Assembly (NCBI GenBank): GCA_023244895.1
Contig: JAHFLL010000001.1
Location: forward strand, 681,802 to 745,801
Length of the DNA stretch: 64,000 nucleotides
Direction of reading: 5' to 3'
Origin: Candidatus Liptonbacteria bacterium
GTDB lineage: Bacteria; Patescibacteriota; Minisyncoccia; UBA6257; 2-01-FULL-56-20
Below the pieces are notes generated by a model. That model saw only the letters and a list, made by a program, of their open reading frames with translations, was not told where the DNA came from and ran no database searches. Shown here in pieces: positions 45,927 through 56,055 of this stretch (within the stretch, counting starts at the first letter, position 1; each line of letters opens with the position of its first letter). A program made the translations under genes and the position numbers.

Positions 45927-47588
45927 TTAATAATCCATCCCTCCCATGCCCGGCATGCCGCCCGCCATTGGATTTTCTTTCTTCTCCGGAATATTGGTTA
46001 TGGCCGCGCCGATCGTGAGATACGTGCTCGCGACCGAGACAGCGTTCAGGAAGGCGGTCTTGGTCACCTTGAGTGGGTCAATGATTCCCGCTTCCTTGAG
46101 GTCGCCAATATCGTTTATGACGGCATTAAAACCCCGCCAAGATTCATTCTCCTTGCGATCTTTAAGCTTGCGCGCGATTGTGTCCGGCGACTCACCGCTG
46201 TTCGCTACGATCGCCCGCAGAGGCGCCTCCGCCGCGGTTAAAAGAATATGGTAGGCGGTTTTCGCCACCTCGTCCTTACCTTCCCCCGCGAGACCAGAGG
46301 CGACATTGAAGAGCGCGATACCTCCGCCCGGGACTATGCCCTCTTCCATCGCCGCGCGTGTCGCGGCTACTGCGTCTTCTACTCTCTGTTTTAATTCTTT
46401 CTGAGCGGTTTCGGTTGGGGCGCCAACTTTAATAACAGCCACTCCGCCCGACAACTTACCCAAGCGCTCCTGCAACTTTTCTTTGTCGTAATCGGAATCG
46501 GTTTTCTTAATTTGCGCCTTGAGCTGGGCAACCCGCTCTTCAATCATTTTCTTGTCGCCCTTACCGGCCACAATCACGGTATTGTCCTTATTGGAGACAA
46601 CCTTGTTGGCATGGCCCAAATCTTCCAAAGTCACGCCATCCAACTTCTTGCCCAAATCTTCCGAAACATAAGTCGCGCCGGTCACAATCGCCACATCCTG
46701 CAACATCTCCTTGCGCCTGTCGCCGAAGCCCGGCGCCTTGACCGCCAGGACGTTAAAGATACCGCGCAGCTTGTTCACGATAAGCGTGGCCAAGGCCTCG
46801 CCCTCAATTTCGTCCGCGATAATAACCAACTCCTTCTTGCCGCTCTGGACTATTTTTTCCAGTAATGGCAATAAGTCATTAATGGAAGAAATTTTGCGGT
46901 CGGTTACCAAAATGTATGGGTCCTCCAGGGCCGCCTCCATCCTTTCCTGGTTGGTAACCATATATTGAGAAACATAACCGCGGTCAAACTGCATACCCTC
47001 TACCATCTCGTAGGAATTACCGATGGTGTTGGAGTCCTCAATCGTGACTACGCCCTCTTTACCGATTTTACCCATCACCTCCGCGATCAAGGTCCCGATT
47101 TCGGAGTCCTTGGCAGACAAAGTCGCCACTTCTTGCACTTTTTTATTGTCGTTAATAAGCTCTTTTTGCTTTTCTAGTCCCTCTATCACCTTCGCTACTC
47201 CTTTCTTCAATTCCTCCGAAAGATGGATAACGTTAAAACCCTTCTCGCGAATGGCTTTCTCGCCTTCATCTATCATAACGTGGGTTAAAACTACGGAAGT
47301 GGTTGTGCCATCCCCTACGTTGTCGTTGGTTTTGTCCGCGGCCTGCTTAATAAATTCCGCGCCTAAATTTTCGTACTTATCTTCAAAGCTAATTTCTTTC
47401 GCTACGGTCACACCGTCAAAAGTTACCTGGGGCGCGCCATAGCCTTTTTCTATTACCGCCGCCCGGCCTCGGGGCCCGAGCGTCATGCGGACCGCGTCCG
47501 CCAACTTATCCATACCCTTCTTCATCGCCGCGCGAGCGTTCTCGCTGAATAAAATTTGTTTGGCCATGTTTTTTTGTTTTTTTTGCAA
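45927..47588 (-). CDS. groL: Chaperonin GroEL
   Basis: 553 aa; C-terminal GGMPGMGGMDY tail; canonical GroEL sequence throughout. Confidence 0.97.
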   Translation of the reverse strand: MQKKQKNMAKQILFSENARAAMKKGMDKLADAVRMTLGPRGRAAVIEKGYGAPQVTFDGVTVAKEISFEDKYENLGAEFIKQAADKTNDNVGDGTTTSVVLTHVMIDEGEKAIREKGFNVIHLSEELKKGVAKVIEGLEKQKELINDNKKVQEVATLSAKDSEIGTLIAEVMGKIGKEGVVTIEDSNTIGNSYEMVEGMQFDRGYVSQYMVTNQERMEAALEDPYILVTDRKISSINDLLPLLEKIVQSGKKELVIIADEIEGEALATLIVNKLRGIFNVLAVKAPGFGDRRKEMLQDVAIVTGATYVSEDLGKKLDGVTLEDLGHANKVVSNKDNTVIVAGKGDKKMIEERVAQLKAQIKKTDSDYDKEKLQERLGKLSGGVAVIKVGAPTETAQKELKQRVEDAVAATRAAMEEGIVPGGGIALFNVASGLAGEGKDEVAKTAYHILLTAAEAPLRAIVANSGESPDTIARKLKDRKENESWRGFNAVINDIGDLKEAGIIDPLKVTKTAFLNAVSVASTYLTIGAAITNIPEKKENPMAGGMPGMGGMDY

Positions 47589-47677
47589 TCCGAATCTACA
47601 AATTCACACGAATGCCCCAAATTATAAATTTATTTATTCGGATAATTCGGATGTGATTCGTAATATTCGGGTCGCTT
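47587..47677. repeat. Two copies of the ATTCGG-rich repeat in opposite orientation, lying between groEL and groES
   Basis: caatccgaatctacaaattcacacgaatgcccc (inverted copy) followed by ttattcggataattcggatgtgattcgtaatattcgggtcgctt (direct copy). Confidence 0.7.
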
Positions 47678-47966
47678 ATTGAATTATTGCCAACACGTCT
47701 TCTTCCTCTCCGACCAAATATTTTTTGCCTTCTATCTCTATTTCATCCGGACCATATTTCTTAAAAAGAACCGTGTCTCCAACTTTGACCGACATGGGGA
47801 TAATTTCGCCCTTCTCGTTCCGCTTGCCCTCGCCTATGGCTAGAACCTTTCCGCGGGTCGGTCTTTCCTTGCTGGCGGTCTCGGGCAGTACGATGCCGGA
47901 CTTAGTGACCTTTTCGTCTTCCAGGGGCTCCAGGAAGATGTGGTTTGATAATGGTTTAAAATTCAT
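47676..47966 (-). CDS. groS: Co-chaperonin GroES
   Basis: 96-aa Cpn10 sequence (PLEDEKVTKSGIVLPETASKERPTRGKVLAIGEG). Confidence 0.97.
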   Translation of the reverse strand: MNFKPLSNHIFLEPLEDEKVTKSGIVLPETASKERPTRGKVLAIGEGKRNEKGEIIPMSVKVGDTVLFKKYGPDEIEIEGKKYLVGEEEDVLAIIQ

Positions 47967-47976
47967 TTTTTTATTA

Positions 47977-48003
47977 TTAGCAGTCTACCTCGACGATTGC
48001 TAA
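47977..48003. promoter_or_regulatory. CIRCE-like HrcA operator upstream of groES
   Basis: TTAGCAGTC-N9-GATTGCTAA, compared with the CIRCE consensus TTAGCACTC-N9-GAGTGCTAA. Confidence 0.7.
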
Positions 48004-48043
48004 TTTATACGAAATGCTGGGTTTCGTCAATCCTTCGACCAAC

Positions 48044-48496
48044 TCAGGGCAAGGACGAAAGAGCGAGCCGACCGCGGACCGGTCGGCTCTCATCTCCTCT
48101 TGCCCTCGCTTCCCGATATTGGGCCGGGTCGTCCCGGTCAAACACCTGGAACTCCACCGCCAGGACGAGCATCCGGCAGAATTCCTCAATGGCAGCTTCT
48201 GAGCCAAGCTGGAGCAGGTTCAGAGCCTTCTCCCGCATCTGCTCGGTTTCGCCCTGGGACAATGGGCGCTTCATGGCAATCTCGCGCGCCAAGGCGAAGG
48301 TCGCCACTCTCTGCGCCGTCCTCTCCAGTCGCCGCGCGACGATTGCCCTAGCGCGAATCCTGCCCGCTTCGGTTTTGGGGGCGTCCACCCCGAAAACCGC
48401 GCGGAAGCTTCGCTCCGATTCGCTCTCCCCCAGAAGCGCGAGTAGGATGCTTGCGACGACGAGCATGCCTGTCAGCACGCATACCAGAAACTTCAT
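48044..48496 (-). CDS. GC-rich orphan ORF of 150 aa: an N-terminal TM or signal segment followed by an Arg/Ala-rich helical domain
   Basis: High-GC segment bounded by AT-rich spacers; a heptamer array and a promoter-like region lie upstream. Confidence 0.45.
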   Translation of the reverse strand: MKFLVCVLTGMLVVASILLALLGESESERSFRAVFGVDAPKTEAGRIRARAIVARRLERTAQRVATFALAREIAMKRPLSQGETEQMREKALNLLQLGSEAAIEEFCRMLVLAVEFQVFDRDDPAQYREARARGDESRPVRGRLALSSLP

Positions 48497-48611
48497 GGCC
48501 TCGCCTCCTCTGGCTCAAAATAATATGCCCAAAACTAAACGGACACAATCCCCGCTCGTCAAGAAAATTTCCCCTCTTGCCTACTATATTCTATCTTCCA
48601 GATTCTAACTT

Positions 48612-49526
48612 CTACTTACTGAGCTCCTCGTAAATATTCAAAAGCGCCTTCACTCCGTCGCCCACCGAGATATTGTTTTGTTTATAGAGCACGTCGCTCA
48701 CATCTCCTATCGCCCAAATGCGAGCGTGGGAGGTTTTCTGTGTGCGCGGGTCGGCAATTATCTGACCGTACTTATCAAGCCCCACCAAAGCTTTGACTGG
48801 TTCGGAGTTCGGCATCGCGCCAATTTCCACAAAGACGCCCTGCACCGCCAAAGATTTTTCCTCACCGCTTATTCTGTCTTTATATTTCAAACCGTTCACA
48901 AATTTATCTCCGGTCACCGCCATGGTTTGCGCGTTCAAAATTATTTCCACCTTGGAATTAGCCCTTATCTTTTCCTGGGTAACCAAATCGCCCTTCAGTG
49001 CGTCGCCATATTCCAAAAGATAAATCTTATTGGCGTAAGACAAGAGGTCCACTACCGATTCCAGACCGGAATTGCCACCGCCTATCACCACCACGTCTTT
49101 ATCCCCGAACATGGGTGCGTCGCAAGTGGCACAATAAGCCACACCCTTGCCGTCGAACTCTTTCTCGCCCGGCACGTTAAGCTTGCGTCTGCGACTACCC
49201 GCCGCCCAGAGCAAATACCTAGTCTCAAATTCCTCGCCGGAGGACGTTTTGACCTTAAGACCGTCCGGTATTTCGGAAACTTCCGTTACCAGCTGGCCGT
49301 CTTTAATATCTATTCCCTCCTGCGCGCGCAGATGCTCCTCCAATGTCTTGGCCAGCTCCAACCCCGAAATATTTTTGGTGCCGATCCAATTTTGGATGTC
49401 CGCGGAAACAATAGATTGCCCCCCGAACGATTCGGTTATAAGTAACGATTTTATCTTTTTGCGGGCCCCGTATATTCCGGCCGATACTCCGCCCGGCCCA
49501 CCCCCGACTATAATTAGTTCGTACAT
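48612..49526 (-). CDS. trxB: Thioredoxin-disulfide reductase
   Basis: FAD motif GGGPGG; redox-active CATCDA; NAD(P)-binding VIGGGNSG. Confidence 0.9.
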   Translation of the reverse strand: MYELIIVGGGPGGVSAGIYGARKKIKSLLITESFGGQSIVSADIQNWIGTKNISGLELAKTLEEHLRAQEGIDIKDGQLVTEVSEIPDGLKVKTSSGEEFETRYLLWAAGSRRRKLNVPGEKEFDGKGVAYCATCDAPMFGDKDVVVIGGGNSGLESVVDLLSYANKIYLLEYGDALKGDLVTQEKIRANSKVEIILNAQTMAVTGDKFVNGLKYKDRISGEEKSLAVQGVFVEIGAMPNSEPVKALVGLDKYGQIIADPRTQKTSHARIWAIGDVSDVLYKQNNISVGDGVKALLNIYEELSK

Positions 49527-49557
49527 ATATTAGTGATTAGGACTTAGTTCTTAGGAC

Positions 49558-49917
49558 TTAGTCTTTGAGCTTAGATTTACTTAACATGGAATTTAACATT
49601 TTCCGGACTTCAAGTAAAAGACTCTCTGATTTGCGATACTGCTCAGGGACAGCATAACCTAGGTCTTTCGATAATAATAACTGCGTCTCTACTTCGCTAG
49701 TTGAGCCATAGGCTATCGAGAAAAATTGCCTGTTCTCCCGTAAGGATTTACGGCTAAACCCCTCCGCAATATTGGAAACTACAGAAACCGCTGCCCTACG
49801 CAATTGCGAAGTTAGTCCGTACTGCTCAGTCTGCGGGAATTGACCGGTCAAACGATATATTTCTTTCGTCAGCTCAAAAGATTTCCGCCAAACAATCAAA
49901 TCTTTATATGATGTCAT
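49558..49917 (-). CDS. Four-helix-bundle protein, member of the family named after 23S rRNA intervening-sequence proteins (Avd-like)
   Basis: DLIVWRKSFELTKEIYRLTGQFPQTEQYGLTSQLRRAAVSVVSNIAEGFSR is a near-canonical sequence for that family. Confidence 0.8.
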   Translation of the reverse strand: MTSYKDLIVWRKSFELTKEIYRLTGQFPQTEQYGLTSQLRRAAVSVVSNIAEGFSRKSLRENRQFFSIAYGSTSEVETQLLLSKDLGYAVPEQYRKSESLLLEVRKMLNSMLSKSKLKD

Positions 49918-49971
49918 CTTTCGTCTTACATCCTAGGTTCCCGCTAAGTTCTAAAGTCTAAGTCCTAGGTC

Positions 49972-50223
49972 CTATCCCAGTCCCAGCGCTTTCTCTATCG
50001 CTTTTTCATCAAATCCCACAAAGACCTCCTCTTCTATCTCTATAACCGGCACGCCCAGCTGGCCGGTCTTGCGCCTGATCTCTTCGTGGACCACCGTGTC
50101 CCCCATCACGTCTATTTCCTCATACATTACCCCATGCTTAGCGAAAAGACGCTTAGCCAAATTGCAATAAGCACAAGTCGGCAGAGTGTATATCTTTACA
50201 TTTCTACGCTTACCTCTTTCCAT
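49972..50223 (-). CDS. Glutaredoxin/NrdH-like small redox protein
   Basis: CAYC active site with a thioredoxin-fold pattern (KIYTLPTCAYCNLAKRLF...GVPVIEIE). Confidence 0.75.
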   Translation of the reverse strand: MERGKRRNVKIYTLPTCAYCNLAKRLFAKHGVMYEEIDVMGDTVVHEEIRRKTGQLGVPVIEIEEEVFVGFDEKAIEKALGLG

Positions 50224-50392
50224 TGGTTTTACTTACTGGCTCCTGACCATAGATCAGCCAGAGGCCTCTTAGAACCAGTACTACGCCCAAAACGGTGTTG
50301 CTCCACAATAGTAAAGTAACCCCGCTTGCGCCTAATATCCAAGGCGAAACTATTAACCAAGCTCCGATTGTAACCTCCACCCAGAAAGACAT
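50210..50392 (-). CDS. Small hydrophobic protein (60 aa, two TM helices); the call is uncertain
   Basis: Short hydrophobic ORF with no other support. Confidence 0.3.
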   Translation of the reverse strand: MSFWVEVTIGAWLIVSPWILGASGVTLLLWSNTVLGVVLVLRGLWLIYGQEPVSKTNGKR

Positions 50393-50414
50393 GTTCTTAT
50401 TCTAACGCCAGCGA

Positions 50415-51224
50415 TTATTTGAGCAAGGCGTCAATTACGCTGATGAATGCCGAGAATGGCTGGGCGCCGGATATTTCCTGACCATTGCCGTTCTTCTCTT
50501 TCGCATCAAGAGTTGGAGAGAGCTTTATGAAGGAGGCTACTTCCGAGGTTGCCCGCGTAATAAACGAAGTGGGGGTAGAATTTATGCCCGTCTTCTGGGA
50601 TGTTTGGACACTGTTCTCCACTGCTTCGGAATACTTCTTACCGTCATAGCACTTTACAAAATCATTCGTGTTCATGCCCACTTGCTTAGCTAGTTTAATG
50701 AATAGGTCTCTATTCAAGTTGCCGTTATGTTCCTCCCCGTCTTTTATTTCCTCCGTGTAGAGCGCGTCGTGAAACTGCCAAAACTTATTTTGATCCTTGG
50801 AACATTCTGCCGCTTCCGCGCTCGCAATTGATTCGGGGCCCAGGAAGGCAAGATCTCTATATACAAACTTAACCTTGCCGGTGTTAACGTAGTCTTCTAT
50901 CAGGTTGGGTTCTACTTGGGTAAAAAACCTGCCGCAAAAGGGACACTGGTAGTCACCATACTCAATAAGCGTCACTTTAGCATCTTTATTTCCCATAACA
51001 ACGTCTCTCGTCCCGATCGGAGGCACCACTATGGTTTGCGCCTGATCCGCCCCGTTCGCGGCAGGGGCAGATGGGTCTCCGGCGGAGGGAGGCAACACGG
51101 TCCCCTTTTGGTTAGCGGAATATATTACAGCCCCGGAGATAAGTATTGCCGCCGCCAGAATGCTTATCGGCAAAGAAACAATGGGCTTTCTTTCGCCGTT
51201 TCCACCTTCGTTATTTTCGTTCAT
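50415..51224 (-). CDS. DsbA-family thiol:disulfide oxidoreductase (exported)
   Basis: CPFC active site (GDYQCPFCGRF); N-terminal TM anchor; thioredoxin-like fold. Confidence 0.8.
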   Translation of the reverse strand: MNENNEGGNGERKPIVSLPISILAAAILISGAVIYSANQKGTVLPPSAGDPSAPAANGADQAQTIVVPPIGTRDVVMGNKDAKVTLIEYGDYQCPFCGRFFTQVEPNLIEDYVNTGKVKFVYRDLAFLGPESIASAEAAECSKDQNKFWQFHDALYTEEIKDGEEHNGNLNRDLFIKLAKQVGMNTNDFVKCYDGKKYSEAVENSVQTSQKTGINSTPTSFITRATSEVASFIKLSPTLDAKEKNGNGQEISGAQPFSAFISVIDALLK

Positions 51225-51447
51225 ATTTTTATTTTGTTATTTGTTCGAGAAGTATAACATAAGCGGCATAATTGGGAAGACAAAAGTCCGTATAAATTCC
51301 AAGCGCAAAATCCCAAATTCCAAACAAATCCCAATTGCCCGAACCCCGAAGACTAAATTGATTTTTATCTAAATATCGGTGCTTATGGATTGTTTGTCAT
51401 TTGGCGCTTGTTTTAGAGCTTAATCCTGGCTATACTGGCTAGATAAG

Positions 51448-52794
51448 ATGCGTGTTTTTCTGCTTATTTTAGGCGATCTAGTGGTCTTGTTCGCGTCCTT
51501 GGCGCTCACCGTACTGGTTCGCTACGGCAGAGGAGACTGGCTGACCCACTTCCTCCCCCACCTTCCGCCCTTTAGCGCCGTTTTTTTGATCTGGCTAGTA
51601 GTTTTCTACATTGCCGGACTTTATGACTTCCGCAGATTGCGCAACCGCCTGGACTTTTTCCGGGTTCTTTCCGTTAGTCTTATAGTCAACGCTCTACTCG
51701 CGACCGTGTTCTTCTATCTGACCCGTTCCTCTGGCATCACTCCTAAAACCAACCTGGTCATATTCTTGATATTATTCTTTGTACTGGAAACATTATGGCG
51801 GCAATGGTTCAACCGCATCTCACGCTCTATGCTTCCCATAAGCCGAATAATTATCTTCGGAGAGAATCGGGCCAATGAAGAACTGTTCGGCTTTCTCAAA
51901 GAGAACCCCCAATTGGGATATGAAGTACGTGCCTGGGTGCAGGCCTCCGGAGACTTGCCCGCTCAAATGCACGACTGGAAAGATTTGGCGCGTAGTAATT
52001 CCGCGGACACCCTGATTATGCCCCGCGATATTTTGCACGACCCAAAGCTGAAGAAAGTTTTTTTCGGACTAATTGACTACGGGCTGGAAATAAAAGATCT
52101 GCCGGTATTTTACGAGTCTATTTTCAATAAGATCCCTCTCTCTGAGATAGATGAGGAGTGGTTTCTGGAGCACATTACCGGCACTCACGACACATACGAG
52201 TTCATAAGGCGCGGGACGGACTTCCTAATTGCGACCGTGGCACAAATAATTTTCCTGCCTTTAGAGATACTAATAATACCCGCTATACTCCTTACCTCCC
52301 GCGGACCCCTTATCTATAAGCAAACTCGGGCCGGTAGGCACGGCAGGCCCTTTATGCTCTATAAGTTCCGCAGGATGTACAACGAGAAAGCCAAAAATCC
52401 GGACGCGGATTCCAGTAGCCCCACCTGGAGCCCGCCTACGGGCGACTCGCGCGAGACACCGGTTGGCAAGTTTTTGCGCGCCAGCCATCTGGACGAGCTA
52501 CCTCAGCTGATAAACATCCTTAAGGGAGACATGTCTTTCGTGGGTCCCCGACCGGAAAGACCAGAGCTTATTCAAAATCTCAAAACAGAGGTACCTTACT
52601 ATGAGATGCGCAGTCTAATAAAACCGGGCCTGACCGGCTGGGCACAGATTCATCACTCTAAAGACACGAATCTGGACGATGTAAAAGAAAAACTTTCCTA
52701 CGATCTATACTATCTCAAGAATCGTTCCTTTGTTATTGACGTGGCAATTATCATAAAAACTATAAAGGTCCTATTCGTGAAGCCAAGTAAGTAG
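51448..52794 (+). CDS. Polyprenyl-phosphate glycosyl-1-phosphate transferase (bacterial sugar transferase, WbaP/EpsL-like); the initiating enzyme of glycan assembly
   Basis: C-terminal DELPQLINILKGDMSFVGPRPERPE; N-terminal TM helices. Confidence 0.85.
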   Translation: MRVFLLILGDLVVLFASLALTVLVRYGRGDWLTHFLPHLPPFSAVFLIWLVVFYIAGLYDFRRLRNRLDFFRVLSVSLIVNALLATVFFYLTRSSGITPKTNLVIFLILFFVLETLWRQWFNRISRSMLPISRIIIFGENRANEELFGFLKENPQLGYEVRAWVQASGDLPAQMHDWKDLARSNSADTLIMPRDILHDPKLKKVFFGLIDYGLEIKDLPVFYESIFNKIPLSEIDEEWFLEHITGTHDTYEFIRRGTDFLIATVAQIIFLPLEILIIPAILLTSRGPLIYKQTRAGRHGRPFMLYKFRRMYNEKAKNPDADSSSPTWSPPTGDSRETPVGKFLRASHLDELPQLINILKGDMSFVGPRPERPELIQNLKTEVPYYEMRSLIKPGLTGWAQIHHSKDTNLDDVKEKLSYDLYYLKNRSFVIDVAIIIKTIKVLFVKPSK

Positions 52795-52820
52795 AAAGTG
52801 GTAGGGCGATAATCAAAACA

Positions 52821-53735
52821 ATGAAAATTATTGTAACAGGAGGGGCGGGATTCATCGGGAGCCACATTGTAGATGCCTATATCAAAGCGGGACACAAGGT
52901 GGTCGTAATAGACAATCTTCTAACCGGTTTTCGCAAAAACCTGAACAAGAAGGCTAAATTTTATAAAGCTGACATTAGAGATTCCGCTACGATTCTAAGG
53001 ATATTCAAAAAAGAGCGACCGGAAGTGGTAAATCACCATGCCGCCATAGCGGAAGTAGCCAAATCTCTGCGCGATCCATTACCGACCCTAGAGGTCAATG
53101 TCCTGGGAACTGCTAATCTCTTAAACAACTTCGGCAAGTATGGCCGAGGGGCGCGCAGGTTTATTTTCGCTTCCACTGGCGGGGCGATATACGGTGAACC
53201 GAAAAATTTACCGGCCAGCGAAAAAACCCCCGTTAATCCCCTCTCCCCATACGGACTCTCAAAAAAACTGGGTGAGGATTTAATAGAGTACTACGCCAAA
53301 CAACATGACTTTGAGTTTGTGATATTCAGATATTCTAACGTCTACGGTCCGCGCCAAAACCCCAAAGGTGAAGCGGGGGTGGTGGCTATCTTTGGCGGAC
53401 TGATGCGCTTGAAGCAACGGCCGATAATTTTCGGCGATGGCAGTAAGACTCGCGATTATGTTTTTGTCTCGGACGTAGTCCACGCCAACATGCTTGCTCT
53501 CCAGAAAGGCACTGGCAAGAGGATGAATATCGGGCGGGGCGAAAGGGTGAGTGACCGAGACATTTTCGATGCCGTCTCCAGCGAACTAAGATATTCGGAT
53601 AAGCCAATCTATAAACCGTTCCGGAAAGGAGAAGTAAGGCATATTTCCCTAGACGCCAAACTGGCCAAAAAGACTATCGGCTGGCAGCCGCAAGTGAATC
53701 TGGGAGCGGGCATCCGGAAGGCATTATCTAGATAG
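52821..53735 (+). CDS. NAD-dependent nucleotide-sugar epimerase/dehydratase (GalE-like SDR)
   Basis: MKIIVTGGAGFIGSH Rossmann motif; SDR-type YxxxK expected near YGLSKK. Confidence 0.85.
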   Translation: MKIIVTGGAGFIGSHIVDAYIKAGHKVVVIDNLLTGFRKNLNKKAKFYKADIRDSATILRIFKKERPEVVNHHAAIAEVAKSLRDPLPTLEVNVLGTANLLNNFGKYGRGARRFIFASTGGAIYGEPKNLPASEKTPVNPLSPYGLSKKLGEDLIEYYAKQHDFEFVIFRYSNVYGPRQNPKGEAGVVAIFGGLMRLKQRPIIFGDGSKTRDYVFVSDVVHANMLALQKGTGKRMNIGRGERVSDRDIFDAVSSELRYSDKPIYKPFRKGEVRHISLDAKLAKKTIGWQPQVNLGAGIRKALSR

Positions 53736-53841
53736 GACAAGCTCAAAAGCTAGGAGCTACTGAATGCGGCTTCCTGTTTTTCACATTTCCCTCAACCACT
53801 ACCTTCTAAATTCTATCTTCTGACTTCCATCTACTACCCTC

Positions 53842-54555
53842 CTACTCCCACTCCTTAATCGCCTTCTCCCACTTCTCTAAAGTACCGCAATCGTACCAGC
53901 GCGAATTTATCATCTCGAATCCAGCCAATTTGCCTTGCTTGGCCAACTGTGGGAAAACATCTCTTTCAATCATAATCTCGCCGTCTCTAGAGAAATCTAC
54001 CAAATCCAATACGCCCGACTCCAACACATAAGTGCCGGCGTTTATCCAGTTGGAGGGAGGGTCATCCGGCTTCTCCAAAAAATTCACTATCTTGTTCCCC
54101 TCTCGGATAGGCACTCCCTTACTGCGAACCACTTCTGGCTCAACCTCTATGAGTGCCAGCGTCCCTAAGGCACCCTCTCTTTTATGCAAATCTATCATGC
54201 TGGTAAAATCCACATCCTTCAGGTCATCGCCATTAGTCATAACAAATCTCTCTCCGCCCAACCAGTCTTTCAATAGCTCAAACCCACCGAAGGTCCCACG
54301 TGGTTTTTCCTCATAAAATATGCTAACTTTTCTTTGAGCTAGATAGTCGTCCCAGGCTTTTTGCCAGCGACGAAAATCTTCCTCGTGGCCACGGGAAGCA
54401 AGCAGAGCGATATCATTGACTCCGTGCTTGTGGAAAAGTTCTATTAGATGGTTTACTATCGGCTTTTTCTGAACAGGCACCAAGGGCTTGGGTATTTCAT
54501 AAGTAACTGGCCTCAAACGGGTACCCATTCCGCCTACCAAAATTACTCCTTTCAT
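53842..54555 (-). CDS. Sugar-1-phosphate nucleotidyltransferase (HddC/RmlA-like)
   Basis: MKGVILVGGMGTRLRPVTYEIPKPLVPV. Confidence 0.8.
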   Translation of the reverse strand: MKGVILVGGMGTRLRPVTYEIPKPLVPVQKKPIVNHLIELFHKHGVNDIALLASRGHEEDFRRWQKAWDDYLAQRKVSIFYEEKPRGTFGGFELLKDWLGGERFVMTNGDDLKDVDFTSMIDLHKREGALGTLALIEVEPEVVRSKGVPIREGNKIVNFLEKPDDPPSNWINAGTYVLESGVLDLVDFSRDGEIMIERDVFPQLAKQGKLAGFEMINSRWYDCGTLEKWEKAIKEWE

Positions 54556-54575
54556 AATACATAAAATATAACAGC

Positions 54576-56054
54576 ATGTTCGCTAAAGTCAAAAGGCTTC
54601 TCCTGGAAAATTACGGTGTCCGACAAACTGTAGTTAAAAATACATTTTGGCTAAGCGTGAGTAATGTGGGCGGTAGATTGATCAGAATGCTCATCATTAT
54701 GTATGCGGCCCGCGTTCTGGGCGCATCGGAATGGGGGGCCTTCTCTTATAGTATGGCTATTATTGCTTTTCTGACCATCTTGGTTGACTTTGGAATTAAC
54801 AACGTGGCCACCCAGGAACTATCCCGGAACAATTCCGATAAACCGGTTCTAATATCTACCATCTTCAGGATAAAAATCGTCCTGCTCTCACTGATTGTGC
54901 TAGGCACGGTAGTTTTCGTGCCCCATCTGACGAAAATAGAAAGTGCGCGCGCGGTTCTACCCATACTAGCTTTAGTTATGGCCATGGACGCCTTAAGAGA
55001 TTTTGGTTTTTCTATTATCAGATCTGAAGAGAAGATGGAGAAAGAGGCTCTTTTATTTGTCTTGACCAACATTGCCATAGTTGGATTTGGATTCTTAACT
55101 CTCTACCTTTCGCCTACCGCAGAGTCATTCGCCTATGCCTATGCGGCAGGGGGAGGGCTGGGCACGATATTCACCGGCATAGCCCTAAGGTCCTACTGGA
55201 AATATTTAACCGTAAAAATAAACCTCTCCAGGATAAAAAAGATATTCTCTCGCGCTTGGCCTTTCGGACTCTCTAGTTTGCTGGGTGGGATGATGGTAAA
55301 CACGGACGTAGTTATTTTGGGCTGGCTAAAAACATCAGAGGCGGTAGGATACTACTCCTCCTCTCAAAGGATAATTCTGCTACTCTATATTATCCCCGGT
55401 ATACTTGCTTCCAGCATTTTCCCAGTCATATCCCGTCTAGCAAGAAAAGACGACGAGAAGGTCGGGAGGGTATTATCTGCGTCTCTTCGTTTTATTTGGC
55501 TTGTCTCTCTGCCCATTATGATGGGCGGAGTCATCTTGGCAGATAATTTAATTGGTTTCTTTTTTGGCGCGGAATATCTTCCCGGGGTTATGGCTTTTAG
55601 GATCTTGGTACTATCTCTGGGGGTGAATTTCTCCGGAATGATCTTGGCAAGTATTATTTTCGTCTATAACAGACACAAGGAGTTGATTATATACTCCGCC
55701 CTAGGTGGCGTAACTAATGTCATCCTAGATTTAATACTAATCCCACGCTGGGGCATAGAAGGTAGCGCCTTTGCTACGTCCATGGTGCAAGTTATGACTA
55801 CGATCTACATTTGGAATCGTGCCAGTAAAGATGTCCACTTTCCAATAGGAAAATACTTGCCCAAAATGTTTGGCGCGACTGCCGTCATGGGCATTCTCGT
55901 TTTTTTAATGAAAATGTGGCTCGTACCGGTAATACCCCTAATTTTTGCATGCGGATTGATCTACTTCCTGGTTCTATACCTGCTGAAAGAACCCCTCTTA
56001 ATGGAAGCTAAAGAAGTGATGCTCGATACTGGAAGACAGAACTCGGTCCCATAA
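54576..56054 (+). CDS. Wzx-type oligosaccharide flippase (polysaccharide biosynthesis protein family)
   Basis: 492 aa with about 12 TM helices and a MATE-like Wzx layout. Confidence 0.75.
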   Translation: MFAKVKRLLLENYGVRQTVVKNTFWLSVSNVGGRLIRMLIIMYAARVLGASEWGAFSYSMAIIAFLTILVDFGINNVATQELSRNNSDKPVLISTIFRIKIVLLSLIVLGTVVFVPHLTKIESARAVLPILALVMAMDALRDFGFSIIRSEEKMEKEALLFVLTNIAIVGFGFLTLYLSPTAESFAYAYAAGGGLGTIFTGIALRSYWKYLTVKINLSRIKKIFSRAWPFGLSSLLGGMMVNTDVVILGWLKTSEAVGYYSSSQRIILLLYIIPGILASSIFPVISRLARKDDEKVGRVLSASLRFIWLVSLPIMMGGVILADNLIGFFFGAEYLPGVMAFRILVLSLGVNFSGMILASIIFVYNRHKELIIYSALGGVTNVILDLILIPRWGIEGSAFATSMVQVMTTIYIWNRASKDVHFPIGKYLPKMFGATAVMGILVFLMKMWLVPVIPLIFACGLIYFLVLYLLKEPLLMEAKEVMLDTGRQNSVP

Positions 56055-56055
56055 A

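Noticed and set aside
48678-49445. 255-aa plus-strand ORF antisense to trxB
   Set aside because: It is antisense to a clearly conserved gene and has no motifs.
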